A stretch of 34,571 nt of DNA, taken from the IMG/VR virus record IMGVR_UViG_2713896785_000021, one strand, 5' to 3'. This stretch comes from a virus. Lineage: Duplodnaviria; Heunggongvirae; Uroviricota; Caudoviricetes. The notes under the pieces were generated by a model. That model was not told where the DNA came from and did not search any database. It worked only from the letters and a program-made list of their open reading frames with translations. Shown piece by piece: positions 18,939 to 28,103 of this stretch (positions within the stretch are counted from its first letter, which is position 1; every line of letters starts with the position of its first letter). The position numbers and the translations under genes are program-made.

Positions 18939-19682
18939 TTAACTGGCTTTCTTTTTCGGGCGTCCACGTTTTGCCGGTGTCACGCTCCGGGTCTTACGCG
19001 GGGTACGGGTGGCTGCTTTGGGCTGCGGCTCCGGCTTCGGTTTCAGCTCCCGCTCCAGTCGTTCAATCTCTTTTTTGACGCCTGCCTGACAGTCGAGCTG
19101 TGTCGCACGTTGCAGGTGAGCCAGCGCACCGGCGGCATCACCACCATCACGCAGAAACAGACCGGTGATTTTGTGCAGCTTTGCGCGCACTTCATCAGGC
19201 ATGTCAGCCGTGGCGGTCAGTTCAAGGGTCTCCGTCAGCAGGCGGGTATCCACAGACTCACCGGCAGCGTGGGCGCGCATGGCCGCGAGCGCCACCTCCT
19301 CGGTGAACATGTACGGCGGGGTGCGGCGGTGTTTACCCGGCATGGTCAGACCGTACTTCAGGGCATAACGGGCAATCTCCAGCGCACCGGCAATATCGCC
19401 GGTATCCAGACGCCACAGCATGACCGTCATCAGAATGTCATCCTGTGCACCTTTGCCCTGCTCCAGCACGCCGTTCACCCACGGCAACCAGAACGGCAGC
19501 AGTTCGCGTTTTTTCGCGGCCTTCAGCTCTTTTGAATAAATCGCTTTCAGTGTGCGCTGGTCTGCGGCCAGCTTGACCAGCATCTGCTCATAGACAGTTG
19601 CATGTCGCAGCGGGGCGGCTTCCCGCTGCGCGGTCATCGCTGCCGAGACCCGCATCATGTGGCGCTGTGCGGGACTCGTCAT
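18939..19682 (-). CDS. M: Terminase small (endonuclease) subunit gpM, 247 aa
   Basis: Length and position match P2 gpM. Confidence 0.88.
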   Translation of the reverse strand: MTSPAQRHMMRVSAAMTAQREAAPLRHATVYEQMLVKLAADQRTLKAIYSKELKAAKKRELLPFWLPWVNGVLEQGKGAQDDILMTVMLWRLDTGDIAGALEIARYALKYGLTMPGKHRRTPPYMFTEEVALAAMRAHAAGESVDTRLLTETLELTATADMPDEVRAKLHKITGLFLRDGGDAAGALAHLQRATQLDCQAGVKKEIERLERELKPKPEPQPKAATRTPRKTRSVTPAKRGRPKKKAS

Positions 19683-19685
19683 CGG

Positions 19686-20759
19686 TTACGCTCCCGGCTC
19701 TGCGGTCGCTTTAGCCGGTGTGGAGAAATCACCGACCTTAATTTTTTCCACCAGACAACCGGCGGCGTAGTCCTCCACCACGTAATCAATGTTCATTGAC
19801 TCGTAGTTCTCCACGCGGTCGAGTTTCGGGTTTTCCTCAATCACGCGGCGATGGCTGTCATCCATGTAGTAGATGGACAGGTTTTCCAGCTTCGTGATGA
19901 GCATCGCATCCGCCGGGAAGTACGGGACGCGTACCGCTGGCAGGTTACCGATGCGTTTCTGGCTGATGATGACGTCAGCGGCCAGCATTTCGCTGTTGTC
20001 CTGCTCCCTGTTGACGATGGGAAAATACTTGTCCGCCAGTAGCTGACGTCCCACAATCACCACAAGGTCAGGGTCTTCCTGATACCACGCCTCAATCAGG
20101 TTGTTGGTCGCATCCATCACCAGTGCATCAAGGCTGGCATAATCACCGCCCTTACCCACGCGGATAACCTCAGAGGTGGTGCGGCCTTCCTCGTCAGTGA
20201 CCTTGCTCATCACGCGCGCCGGGGCTTCATTGCGGTATTTCTGCAGCCAGCCGACCGCCACATCCTGCAGCATCGGATTGCTGCTGCGGTCAGAGGTTTC
20301 GGCACGCTTCACGCCGTTAAAACCGGCCATGATGAAATCAAGGGACTGGCGTTTGATAATGGCGTTACGGATACGGAGCTGGAAATCCTGATAACGCGCC
20401 CACAGGTCCAGCGTTTTGTAGCGGATATAAAAATCGAAGTTAATCTGGTCGCATTCGTACTTGTTTGACGCCAGCTTCGAGAAGTCCTTCGGCTGACGCT
20501 CGGTGCCACCGGCGGTGTCGGTGGTGCTGGCGATGGAGCCGGCGACACCAATACCAATTTTTTCCCCTTTCATTTCGCTGACCGGCACAATGTTGATGCG
20601 GGTCAGAAAATCAGAGGACTCCTGCATGGTGTTCATCAGGGTCTGGGTGACCGACGGTTCAACGGTGAATTTTTTCGACACATCACCGGCGTCGATGCCG
20701 TTCAGTTCGGCAACACGGGACAGGTAAGCATTAAATTTAAAGCGGGTTTCCTGGCGCAT
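19686..20759 (-). CDS. N: Major capsid protein gpN, 357 aa
   Basis: Length and position match P2 gpN. Confidence 0.9.
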   Translation of the reverse strand: MRQETRFKFNAYLSRVAELNGIDAGDVSKKFTVEPSVTQTLMNTMQESSDFLTRINIVPVSEMKGEKIGIGVAGSIASTTDTAGGTERQPKDFSKLASNKYECDQINFDFYIRYKTLDLWARYQDFQLRIRNAIIKRQSLDFIMAGFNGVKRAETSDRSSNPMLQDVAVGWLQKYRNEAPARVMSKVTDEEGRTTSEVIRVGKGGDYASLDALVMDATNNLIEAWYQEDPDLVVIVGRQLLADKYFPIVNREQDNSEMLAADVIISQKRIGNLPAVRVPYFPADAMLITKLENLSIYYMDDSHRRVIEENPKLDRVENYESMNIDYVVEDYAAGCLVEKIKVGDFSTPAKATAEPGA

Positions 20760-20817
20760 AGTTTTTCCTGAAGTTAAGGGTTAATCGTGAAGGTTTTCCC
20801 GGACTGACTGACGCCGG

Positions 20818-21672
20818 TCAGCAGTTCGTCATCAGGGCGTCACCGCCACCACCAGTGGCCTTGCTGCGGCGCTGCTGGGTCAGACTTTCGGTGTGGTCGA
20901 GACTGTTTTTCAGGCGGGTGAATGCCTGGCTGGTTTCATCCGCCCTGTCAGTCACATCCTGCTTAAGTGCGGAAAAGGCGGTTTCCATCTCAGCGAGGCG
21001 CTGCTCAGTGGCGCTCAGTTTTTCCTGCACATGTTCAGCAACAGCGGTCACCGCTTCATGCACGTCATTCAGACGGGCGTCATCGCTGGCCTGTTTGCAG
21101 CCAAAAATGGACTTCACCTTTTCGGTCAGGGCGGTGAACACGGTTTCAGGCAGGTCTTCAAATTCCAGCTCAACGGGCGTTGCCACTGAAATCAGGTTTT
21201 CAGGGCTTAATTTGAAGCGGTTCAGGGGGTTGTGTTTTGCCGTGCGGCAGAATTCCAGGTATTCCGTGCCGAGGCTTGCCGGGTCATCGGTGACGGCCAG
21301 ACCCACCAGATAACATTTGCCGGTATTGGCAAAGTTCGGCTGAATTTCCATTGAGGTATAGACCTTCTGCGCGGCCTTGTTCATCGCGATAAGGTCATCG
21401 GTCGGGGTGATTTTCGCAAACAGCGCCCATTTGCCTTTCAGCGCCGAATCATCGTCAATCTTTTCGGCCTTCAGTTCGGCCACATCGCCATAACGCTTAA
21501 AAATACCGTCAGGCAGGATGCCGCGCAGATGTTCCAGGTTAATGCGGCAACCATAGACTCGCGGGTCAAAGGTTTCGGCCATTTCCTGAATATCCTGCGC
21601 ACTGATGACACGCCCGTCACAGGTGTCACCCTCAACGCCGATACGAAAGAATTTTGAGACTTTTTTTGCCAT
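20818..21672 (-). CDS. O: Capsid scaffolding protein gpO, 284 aa
   Basis: Start set at the internal Met (MAKKVSKFFRIGVEGDTCDGR...) to give the canonical 284 aa; the track ORF is 22 codons longer. Confidence 0.85.
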   Translation of the reverse strand: MAKKVSKFFRIGVEGDTCDGRVISAQDIQEMAETFDPRVYGCRINLEHLRGILPDGIFKRYGDVAELKAEKIDDDSALKGKWALFAKITPTDDLIAMNKAAQKVYTSMEIQPNFANTGKCYLVGLAVTDDPASLGTEYLEFCRTAKHNPLNRFKLSPENLISVATPVELEFEDLPETVFTALTEKVKSIFGCKQASDDARLNDVHEAVTAVAEHVQEKLSATEQRLAEMETAFSALKQDVTDRADETSQAFTRLKNSLDHTESLTQQRRSKATGGGGDALMTNC

Positions 21673-21845
21673 TGTCAGGAGTCCTGAATAGTGATTAGAG
21701 GAGTCACATGTCGGCATCAGTTTCCCGACGATGCGCATCCTCCGCCATCAGTCCCGGATGGCTTATCACTGACACAACAGCACCTTAGCGAATCGCGGGG
21801 CGCGACTCAGTAGCCTTGCCGTGTATTCATCACGGCGAGGTATTC
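21673..21845. promoter_or_regulatory. Divergent O/P intergenic region, expected to hold the Ogr-dependent late promoters for the O and P operons
   Basis: Position by analogy with P2; contains a GTCGG-N9-CCGAC dyad; exact promoter elements not resolved. Confidence 0.35.
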
Positions 21846-23618
21846 ATGACCATCACCACAGACACCACTCTTTTACACGACCCGCGTCGTCAGGCGGCGC
21901 TGCTGTACTGGCAGGGGTTTTCCGTGCCGCAGATTGCCGCCATGTTGCAGATGAAACGCCCGACGGTGCAGAGCTGGAAACAGCGCGACGGCTGGGACAG
22001 CGTTGCCCCCATCAGCCGTGTCGAAATGAGTCTGGAAGCGCGGCTGACCCAGCTCATCATCAAACCGCAGAAAACCGGCGGTGACTTCAAGGAAATTGAC
22101 CTGCTCGGACGCCAGATTGAACGACTGGCACGGGTCAACCGTTACAGTCAGACCGGCAACGAGGCAGACCTTAATCCGAACGTCGCTAACCGCAACAAAG
22201 GCGGGCGTCGCAAACCGAAAAAGAATTTTTTCAGTGACGAGGCCATCGAAAAGCTGGAGCAGATTTTCTTTGAGCAGTCTTTCGAATATCAGTTGCACTG
22301 GTATCGCGCAGGGCTTGAGCACCGCATCCGCGATATCCTGAAATCCCGCCAGATTGGCGCGACGTTTTATTTTTCCCGCGAGGCGCTGCTGCGCGCCCTG
22401 AAAACCGGTCATAACCAGATTTTTCTGTCGGCCAGTAAAACGCAGGCGTATGTGTTCCGCGAATACATCATCGCCTTTGCCCGTCTGGTTGACGTTGACC
22501 TTACCGGTGACCCGATTGTCCTGGGCAATAACGGCGCAAAACTGATTTTTCTCGGCACCAACTCCAACACCGCGCAGAGCCATAACGGCGACCTGTACGT
22601 CGACGAGATTTTCTGGATCCCGAATTTTCAGGTACTGCGTAAGGTGGCATCAGGTATGGCCTCACAGAGCCACCTGCGCTCGACCTATTTCTCCACCCCG
22701 TCCACGCTGGCGCACGACGCCTACCCGTTCTGGTCCGGTGAACTGTTTAACCGGGGACGCGCCAGCGCCGCCGAACGCGTGGAAATCGACGTCAGTCATA
22801 ACGCCCTTGCCGGTGGGCTTCTCTGTGCGGACGGCCAGTGGCGGCAGATTGTCACCATTGAGGACGCCCTGAAAGGCGGCTGCACATTGTTCGACATTGA
22901 GCAGCTTAAACGCGAAAACAGCGCCGACGATTTTAAAAACCTGTTCATGTGTGAATTTGTTGACGACAAGGCATCGGTGTTCCCGTTCGAGGAGCTGCAA
23001 CGCTGCATGGTCGACACGCTGGAAGAATGGGAAGACTATGCGCCGTTTGCCGCCAATCCGTTCGGCTCCCGCCCGGTCTGGATTGGTTACGACCCGTCAC
23101 ACCGTGGCGACAGCGCCGGATGCGTGGTACTGGCACCGCCGGTGGTGGCCGGTGGCAAATTCAGAATACTTGAGCGTCACCAGTGGAAAGGCATGGACTT
23201 TGCCACTCAGGCGGAATCCATCCGCAAACTCACCGAAAAATACAACGTCGAATACATCGGTATTGATGCCACCGGCCTCGGTGTCGGCGTGTTCCAGCTC
23301 GTGCGCTCGTTCTATCCCGCCGCGCGCGATATCCGCTACACGCCGGAAATGAAAACCGCAATGGTGCTCAAGGCAAAAGACGTCATCCGCCGTGGCTGTC
23401 TGGAATATGACGTCAGCGCCACCGACATCACCAGCTCGTTTATGGCTATCCGCAAGACCATGACCAGCAGCGGACGCAGCGCCACTTATGAGGCCAGCCG
23501 CAGCGAGGAAGCCAGCCACGCCGACCTCGCCTGGGCGACCATGCACGCCCTGTTAAATGAGCCACTCACCGCCGGTATCAGCACCCCGCTGACATCCACC
23601 ATTCTGGAGTTTTACTGA
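21846..23618 (+). CDS. P: Terminase large (ATPase) subunit gpP, 590 aa
   Basis: Start at MTITTDTTLLHDPRR... with GAGGT Shine-Dalgarno gives the canonical 590 aa; the track ORF starts 10 codons earlier. Confidence 0.9.
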   Translation: MTITTDTTLLHDPRRQAALLYWQGFSVPQIAAMLQMKRPTVQSWKQRDGWDSVAPISRVEMSLEARLTQLIIKPQKTGGDFKEIDLLGRQIERLARVNRYSQTGNEADLNPNVANRNKGGRRKPKKNFFSDEAIEKLEQIFFEQSFEYQLHWYRAGLEHRIRDILKSRQIGATFYFSREALLRALKTGHNQIFLSASKTQAYVFREYIIAFARLVDVDLTGDPIVLGNNGAKLIFLGTNSNTAQSHNGDLYVDEIFWIPNFQVLRKVASGMASQSHLRSTYFSTPSTLAHDAYPFWSGELFNRGRASAAERVEIDVSHNALAGGLLCADGQWRQIVTIEDALKGGCTLFDIEQLKRENSADDFKNLFMCEFVDDKASVFPFEELQRCMVDTLEEWEDYAPFAANPFGSRPVWIGYDPSHRGDSAGCVVLAPPVVAGGKFRILERHQWKGMDFATQAESIRKLTEKYNVEYIGIDATGLGVGVFQLVRSFYPAARDIRYTPEMKTAMVLKAKDVIRRGCLEYDVSATDITSSFMAIRKTMTSSGRSATYEASRSEEASHADLAWATMHALLNEPLTAGISTPLTSTILEFY

Positions 23619-24652
23619 TGAGCAAGAAAAAAGGGAAAACACTGCAACCTGCGGCAAAAAAAATGACCGCCAGCGCCCCGAAAATGGAGGCATTCACCTT
23701 TGGCGAACCGGTGCCGGTACTCGACCGCCGTGACATTCTGGATTACGTCGAATGCATCAGTAACGGCAGATGGTATGAGCCACCGGTCAGCTTTACCGGT
23801 CTGGCAAAAAGCCTGCGTGCTGCCGTGCATCATAGCTCCCCGATTTACGTCAAACGCAATATTCTGGCCTCGACATTTATCCCGCATCCGTGGCTGTCCC
23901 AGCAGGATTTCAGCCGCTTTGTGCTGGATTTTCTGGTGTTCGGTAATGCGTTTCTGGAAAAGCGTTACAGCACTACCGGTAAAGTCATCAGACTGGAAAC
24001 CTCACCGGCAAAATATACCCGCCGTGGTGTGGAAGAGGATGTTTACTGGTGGGTGCCGTCCTTCAACGAGCCGACAGCCTTCGCGCCCGGTTCCGTGTTT
24101 CACCTGCTGGAGCCGGATATTAATCAGGAGCTGTACGGCCTGCCGGAATATCTCAGCGCCCTTAACTCTGCCTGGCTGAATGAGTCGGCCACGCTGTTCC
24201 GCCGCAAGTATTACGAAAACGGCGCACATGCCGGATACATCATGTACGTCACTGATGCCGTGCAGGATCGCAACGATATCGAAATGCTCCGCGAAAACAT
24301 GGTGAAGTCGAAAGGCCGCAACAACTTTAAAAATCTGTTTCTCTATGCCCCGCAAGGGAAAGCCGACGGCATTAAAATTATCCCGCTCAGTGAAGTGGCA
24401 ACGAAGGACGATTTTTTTAATATCAAAAAAGCCAGCGCCGCAGACCTGCTGGACGCGCACCGCATCCCTTTTCAGTTGATGGGCGGCAAGCCGGAGAACG
24501 TCGGGTCGCTGGGTGATATTGAGAAAGTGGCAAAGGTCTTTGTCCGCAATGAGCTTATCCCGTTACAGGACAGGATCCGCGAGATAAACGGCTGGCTCGG
24601 TCAGGAGGTCATCCGCTTTAAAAACTACTCACTGGACACCGACAACGGCTGA
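23618..24652 (+). CDS. Q: Portal (capsid vertex) protein gpQ, 344 aa
   Basis: Length and position match P2 gpQ; start overlaps the P stop. Confidence 0.9.
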   Translation: MSKKKGKTLQPAAKKMTASAPKMEAFTFGEPVPVLDRRDILDYVECISNGRWYEPPVSFTGLAKSLRAAVHHSSPIYVKRNILASTFIPHPWLSQQDFSRFVLDFLVFGNAFLEKRYSTTGKVIRLETSPAKYTRRGVEEDVYWWVPSFNEPTAFAPGSVFHLLEPDINQELYGLPEYLSALNSAWLNESATLFRRKYYENGAHAGYIMYVTDAVQDRNDIEMLRENMVKSKGRNNFKNLFLYAPQGKADGIKIIPLSEVATKDDFFNIKKASAADLLDAHRIPFQLMGGKPENVGSLGDIEKVAKVFVRNELIPLQDRIREINGWLGQEVIRFKNYSLDTDNG

Positions 24653-24656
24653 ACAT

Positions 24657-24680
24657 CGCCGCCTGCGGGCGGCTTTTTTA
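24657..24680 (+). terminator. Rho-independent terminator after Q (CGCCGCCTGCGGGCGGC hairpin followed by TTTTTT)
   Basis: GC-rich hairpin and T-run seen in sequence. Confidence 0.55.
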
Positions 24681-24821
24681 CACCCCGTCATCACGCCCTC
24701 ACACGCTCACCACCGCACAAAACACCCCGCAGACACACCAACGCCCCGGCGCACAATCCAAACGCCGTCACGACGCGCTGAGACGCTGAAAAAATAAAAT
24801 CAGCACCACCGCCAGCGCGCA

Positions 24822-24840
24822 GTGCTTTCCCCGCCTCGCC
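24822..24840. other. cos site: 19-nt cohesive-end sequence (reverse complement GGCGAGGCGGGGAAAGCAC)
   Basis: Exact match to the P2 cohesive-end sequence as I recall it, at the expected place between Q and the old/tin locus. Confidence 0.75.
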
Positions 24841-24994
24841 CGCCCGCTTCATGGGGCGGTTTTAATGCAGTTGCATATGTCTATCTAAATCACTCTAATG
24901 CCGGTCTAAATTTGTTTTTGAACTCCTCTCAACCTTATTCGAATTAATGCAGATAGATGCACTTATCGTTATCCTATTACATTCTCCCACAAGA

Positions 24995-26863
24995 TTATCG
25001 CCATTCTTGAGAATAACTTGCGTCAGACGATCTCGGACCGGGTACAGCAGGGTGAATTGAAATTCTTACGGGTATATTAAAAGCAGCACCAAACGCTATT
25101 GCATCTCCTCTTGGAAGCCCAGAAATCTGCCGAATCATTAACTCATTTCCACTTTCCATCGCATACCGTAAAGTCTGCAAATCACGCTCATTTGTCAGGC
25201 GCAACGAAAACCAATTTGCACACATTGCTAATACTGTTGATGAAAGCTCTGATGGTCGTTGTGTGCTCACAATAAGTGAACATTTAAATTTACGCCCTTC
25301 TTTAGCAAGTCTTTCATAAGCTTTAATTTGAGCATCAACTTCAGAATAAGGATCTCTTAAATAGTGGTGCGCCTCTTCAAGAAGTAACACGGTTGGAAAA
25401 GCTTTGTTTTGCCCCCTAAGAAAGAGAACTTCAGCAAACATTTCTAATAATGCACTTAACAGCATTGGAGCATGATCTTGTGAAAGATGCTTAAAATTAA
25501 CAATATGAATATTCCAGTCATTCTCCTCTCCCTTTTCTTTACCAAAGAAATAATCAACTTCCTGTCTCATAGCTAATTCCCAATGTTTGCCATCACTTAA
25601 TAATTCACCACCTCCATTTAAATCAACAACATACTTGAATCTAGAATCCTCTGATAACTGTTGAATTATCTTAATCAATGGCAGAACATTACCATAGCTA
25701 AAAGCATCTCGTTTACTAGATCCAGCTTTTCGCGAATCCGCCGCCACGCAACCAAACTCCGCAACCAAGTTAGCAATACTTTTAAACGGCGGCCATTTAT
25801 TTGCCTTACACAGCATCCCTCTTCTTAAGAAACTCAACCACGCAGATAAAAGCTCTTGCCCTTCATCTCTACAATCATCAAAAATATTAAATACGCCCCC
25901 TACTTCATCCTTAAGAAAGAATGAATCATCGGAAAAATGAACACTATTTATAGCATTAAGCGCATTTCTTAATGCAGGTAATTGTGTCTTATCACTAGGG
26001 CGTAGTAATTTTATCAACCCAGCAAATCCCAATGCTTGATAAGGTATTTTTCTATAGTAGTAATGTTCATTCTCAGAAAATATATCTCCTTTCTGTAGAG
26101 GTGGTTTTGGAAACTCTCCTTTTGGTAACTCACCTAAAATAGTATGTTTAACATTAGCAACACCTTCAAAAGCCTGAGAATACTCGCCATTAATATCAAA
26201 AATTACTATTCTTGCATTAGGGTACTGTTCTGAAATGCGGCGTGTAAGTAAAGCATTAAAATTAGATTTACCATATCCAGTACTGCCCAAAACAGCCATA
26301 TGCCTGGTTAGTAATTTATCAATGCTAGCTAAAATTTTAACTGATTTAGTCCTCGAATCTATTCCTAACTCAATTGCTTTATCCAGATCATTTTTATCAA
26401 TACTATATACGATATTTAAAAAATCAGATGTTAACGGGACAGCGGATGCTCCCAGAGCAGGTAACCTCCAGTCTTCCGAAACAAACACACATCCATCTAT
26501 ATCTCGTCTAATAAAACCTATTGCATAGGCTATTATTTGCCTTAACGGCATATCTGCTATATCTGATGTACCTATTTTTGCCTTATGTGCTTTATCAGCC
26601 TCGACAAATGCCATATCTGTAACTCGAGCCACAACCAGAATATTTCCGGCATCAAAACCGATCAAATCTCCAGGCTGAGTAACAGAACTAACACCATCCC
26701 TATGAGAGGCGAGCCTACCTTGCAATCCTTCATGAAGATTTATCCTTATTTTTTCGCCCTCCAGACCAACGACATACCCAATAGCAGATAATTCAGATAG
26801 TTTAAAATGCGACATTCCCTTCCCCTTTAGACAATTTAGAAATAGCTTCAACCAAGTCATCAA
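24995..26863 (-). CDS. herA: HerA-like (FtsK/HerA superfamily) ATPase, about 606-622 aa, partner of the SIR2 protein
   Basis: Walker A (GSTGYGKSN), Walker B (LLLEEAHHY) and TQRP motifs; AT-rich. An alternative start at 26815 (MSHFKLSEL..., preceded by GGGGAAGGGA) overlaps the SIR2 stop by 14 nt. Confidence 0.8.
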   Translation of the reverse strand: MMTWLKLFLNCLKGKGMSHFKLSELSAIGYVVGLEGEKIRINLHEGLQGRLASHRDGVSSVTQPGDLIGFDAGNILVVARVTDMAFVEADKAHKAKIGTSDIADMPLRQIIAYAIGFIRRDIDGCVFVSEDWRLPALGASAVPLTSDFLNIVYSIDKNDLDKAIELGIDSRTKSVKILASIDKLLTRHMAVLGSTGYGKSNFNALLTRRISEQYPNARIVIFDINGEYSQAFEGVANVKHTILGELPKGEFPKPPLQKGDIFSENEHYYYRKIPYQALGFAGLIKLLRPSDKTQLPALRNALNAINSVHFSDDSFFLKDEVGGVFNIFDDCRDEGQELLSAWLSFLRRGMLCKANKWPPFKSIANLVAEFGCVAADSRKAGSSKRDAFSYGNVLPLIKIIQQLSEDSRFKYVVDLNGGGELLSDGKHWELAMRQEVDYFFGKEKGEENDWNIHIVNFKHLSQDHAPMLLSALLEMFAEVLFLRGQNKAFPTVLLLEEAHHYLRDPYSEVDAQIKAYERLAKEGRKFKCSLIVSTQRPSELSSTVLAMCANWFSLRLTNERDLQTLRYAMESGNELMIRQISGLPRGDAIAFGAAFNIPVRISIHPAVPGPRSSDASYSQEWR

Positions 26864-28049
26864 CAGTATTTTCTCTTGGGAACAACACCGGATAAGGAAG
26901 ATGTTTCACAAAACTATCAAAGTAAGCATCTGCCCCCCCACCCACGATAGTCACTTGATTGAATTGCATATTTTTTAAAGCATCAATTGCCTTTTCACCT
27001 TCAGAAGCAACGCCTCTACTAACTTTATCTAAAGCATTCTCCAGATCAGGGTAATAAATAACAACATGAAATGACGGATTTAACAAAGCACCAAAAACAA
27101 TTCTGTTTATATGATAATCACCAAACCCAAACCCATTAATAAACAAAGCGGTTTGAGGTTTTGACAAAAACTCGCCAAAACGTCTAAACATTTCACCGTA
27201 AACAAAACCAATTGTATGGCTATATTTATTAGCCCCCGGATAAATTAAATGTTGACCATAGTAAAAACCGTCACCATTAATAATATTTTTAATGTAATTA
27301 TCATATGCCTGAGATGCACTTATCTCATTAACTATTAAAAAATCATCCTGATACCATGTAAGAGAGCCATGCAATTTATATAGATAAGCGTGATAATGAC
27401 CAAATCTAGCCTCCCCTTTTGCATTGACATTTCTAAATGCCAAATCAAAATTTTGAGGATAAAATTGTCTTGTATGCAATCCTGAAAAACCATTAAATAG
27501 CTGAATTCCTAAATCTTCAGCTGCCCACTCTAATGCCAAATCATAGTTGGTAGTAAAAAGTGCCGGAGCCGATTGTCCCGGCTGCCTATTTGAAATCAAC
27601 TTTGAAATTAATTCTTTATGAGACTTAAACTGTTTTTTCTTCCCTTGATTTTTACAACCAAACTCTTCTCCAGTTAACAATGCAGCCTTTGTTACTTGTT
27701 TATACAAAGCACTTAATATTAAACTAATTTCTTTTTGTTCGTCTTCATTACGTCTTGTTTTGGCCACAGACAAGAATTTAGTTACTTCATCAATTAGAAG
27801 CTCAACATTAACTATATCTTGTTCAGATTCAGTTTTGTCAACCAATAAGTATTTTTCTAGTAACAAATTCAATAGATCAGGATGTTCATATTTAAAAAAC
27901 TGCCATACCTGCTTCATAGTTTGGCCGCCACATCCGACCGATGCTCCCGCGCCTAAAAGAACCCCTACATTATCCAACTGACATAACGAATAAAGATGAG
28001 AATAAAAATCATCTTCAGATATTATCTTACCACCTTGATAAATAACCAT
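26802..28049 (-). CDS. SIR2-family (SIR2_2-like) NAD+-dependent effector protein, 415 aa
   Basis: Gly-rich Rossmann motif GVLLGAGASVGCG, then TTNYD and HGS motifs typical of defence-associated SIR2 domains; AT-rich; AGGGA Shine-Dalgarno. Confidence 0.8.
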   Translation of the reverse strand: MVIYQGGKIISEDDFYSHLYSLCQLDNVGVLLGAGASVGCGGQTMKQVWQFFKYEHPDLLNLLLEKYLLVDKTESEQDIVNVELLIDEVTKFLSVAKTRRNEDEQKEISLILSALYKQVTKAALLTGEEFGCKNQGKKKQFKSHKELISKLISNRQPGQSAPALFTTNYDLALEWAAEDLGIQLFNGFSGLHTRQFYPQNFDLAFRNVNAKGEARFGHYHAYLYKLHGSLTWYQDDFLIVNEISASQAYDNYIKNIINGDGFYYGQHLIYPGANKYSHTIGFVYGEMFRRFGEFLSKPQTALFINGFGFGDYHINRIVFGALLNPSFHVVIYYPDLENALDKVSRGVASEGEKAIDALKNMQFNQVTIVGGGADAYFDSFVKHLPYPVLFPRENTVDDLVEAISKLSKGEGNVAF

Positions 28050-28103
28050 AATTATCCCTTTGAATTGAAGTCTGATTGTTCAAACACCTACAACGGCCCC
28101 ATA

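Noticed and set aside
18936-19535. 199-aa plus-strand ORF opposite terminase small subunit gene M
   Set aside because: Arg/Gly-rich antisense translation in a GC-rich gene; gpM on the minus strand is full length.
21873-22583. 236-aa minus-strand ORF inside gpP
   Set aside because: Antisense to the large terminase gene; no independent support.
24002-24460. 152-aa minus-strand ORF inside gpQ
   Set aside because: Antisense to the portal gene.
26235-26791. Two small plus-strand ORFs (97 and 68 aa) inside herA
   Set aside because: Antisense within an AT-rich gene, where long random ORFs are common; herA carries intact ATPase motifs on the minus strand.
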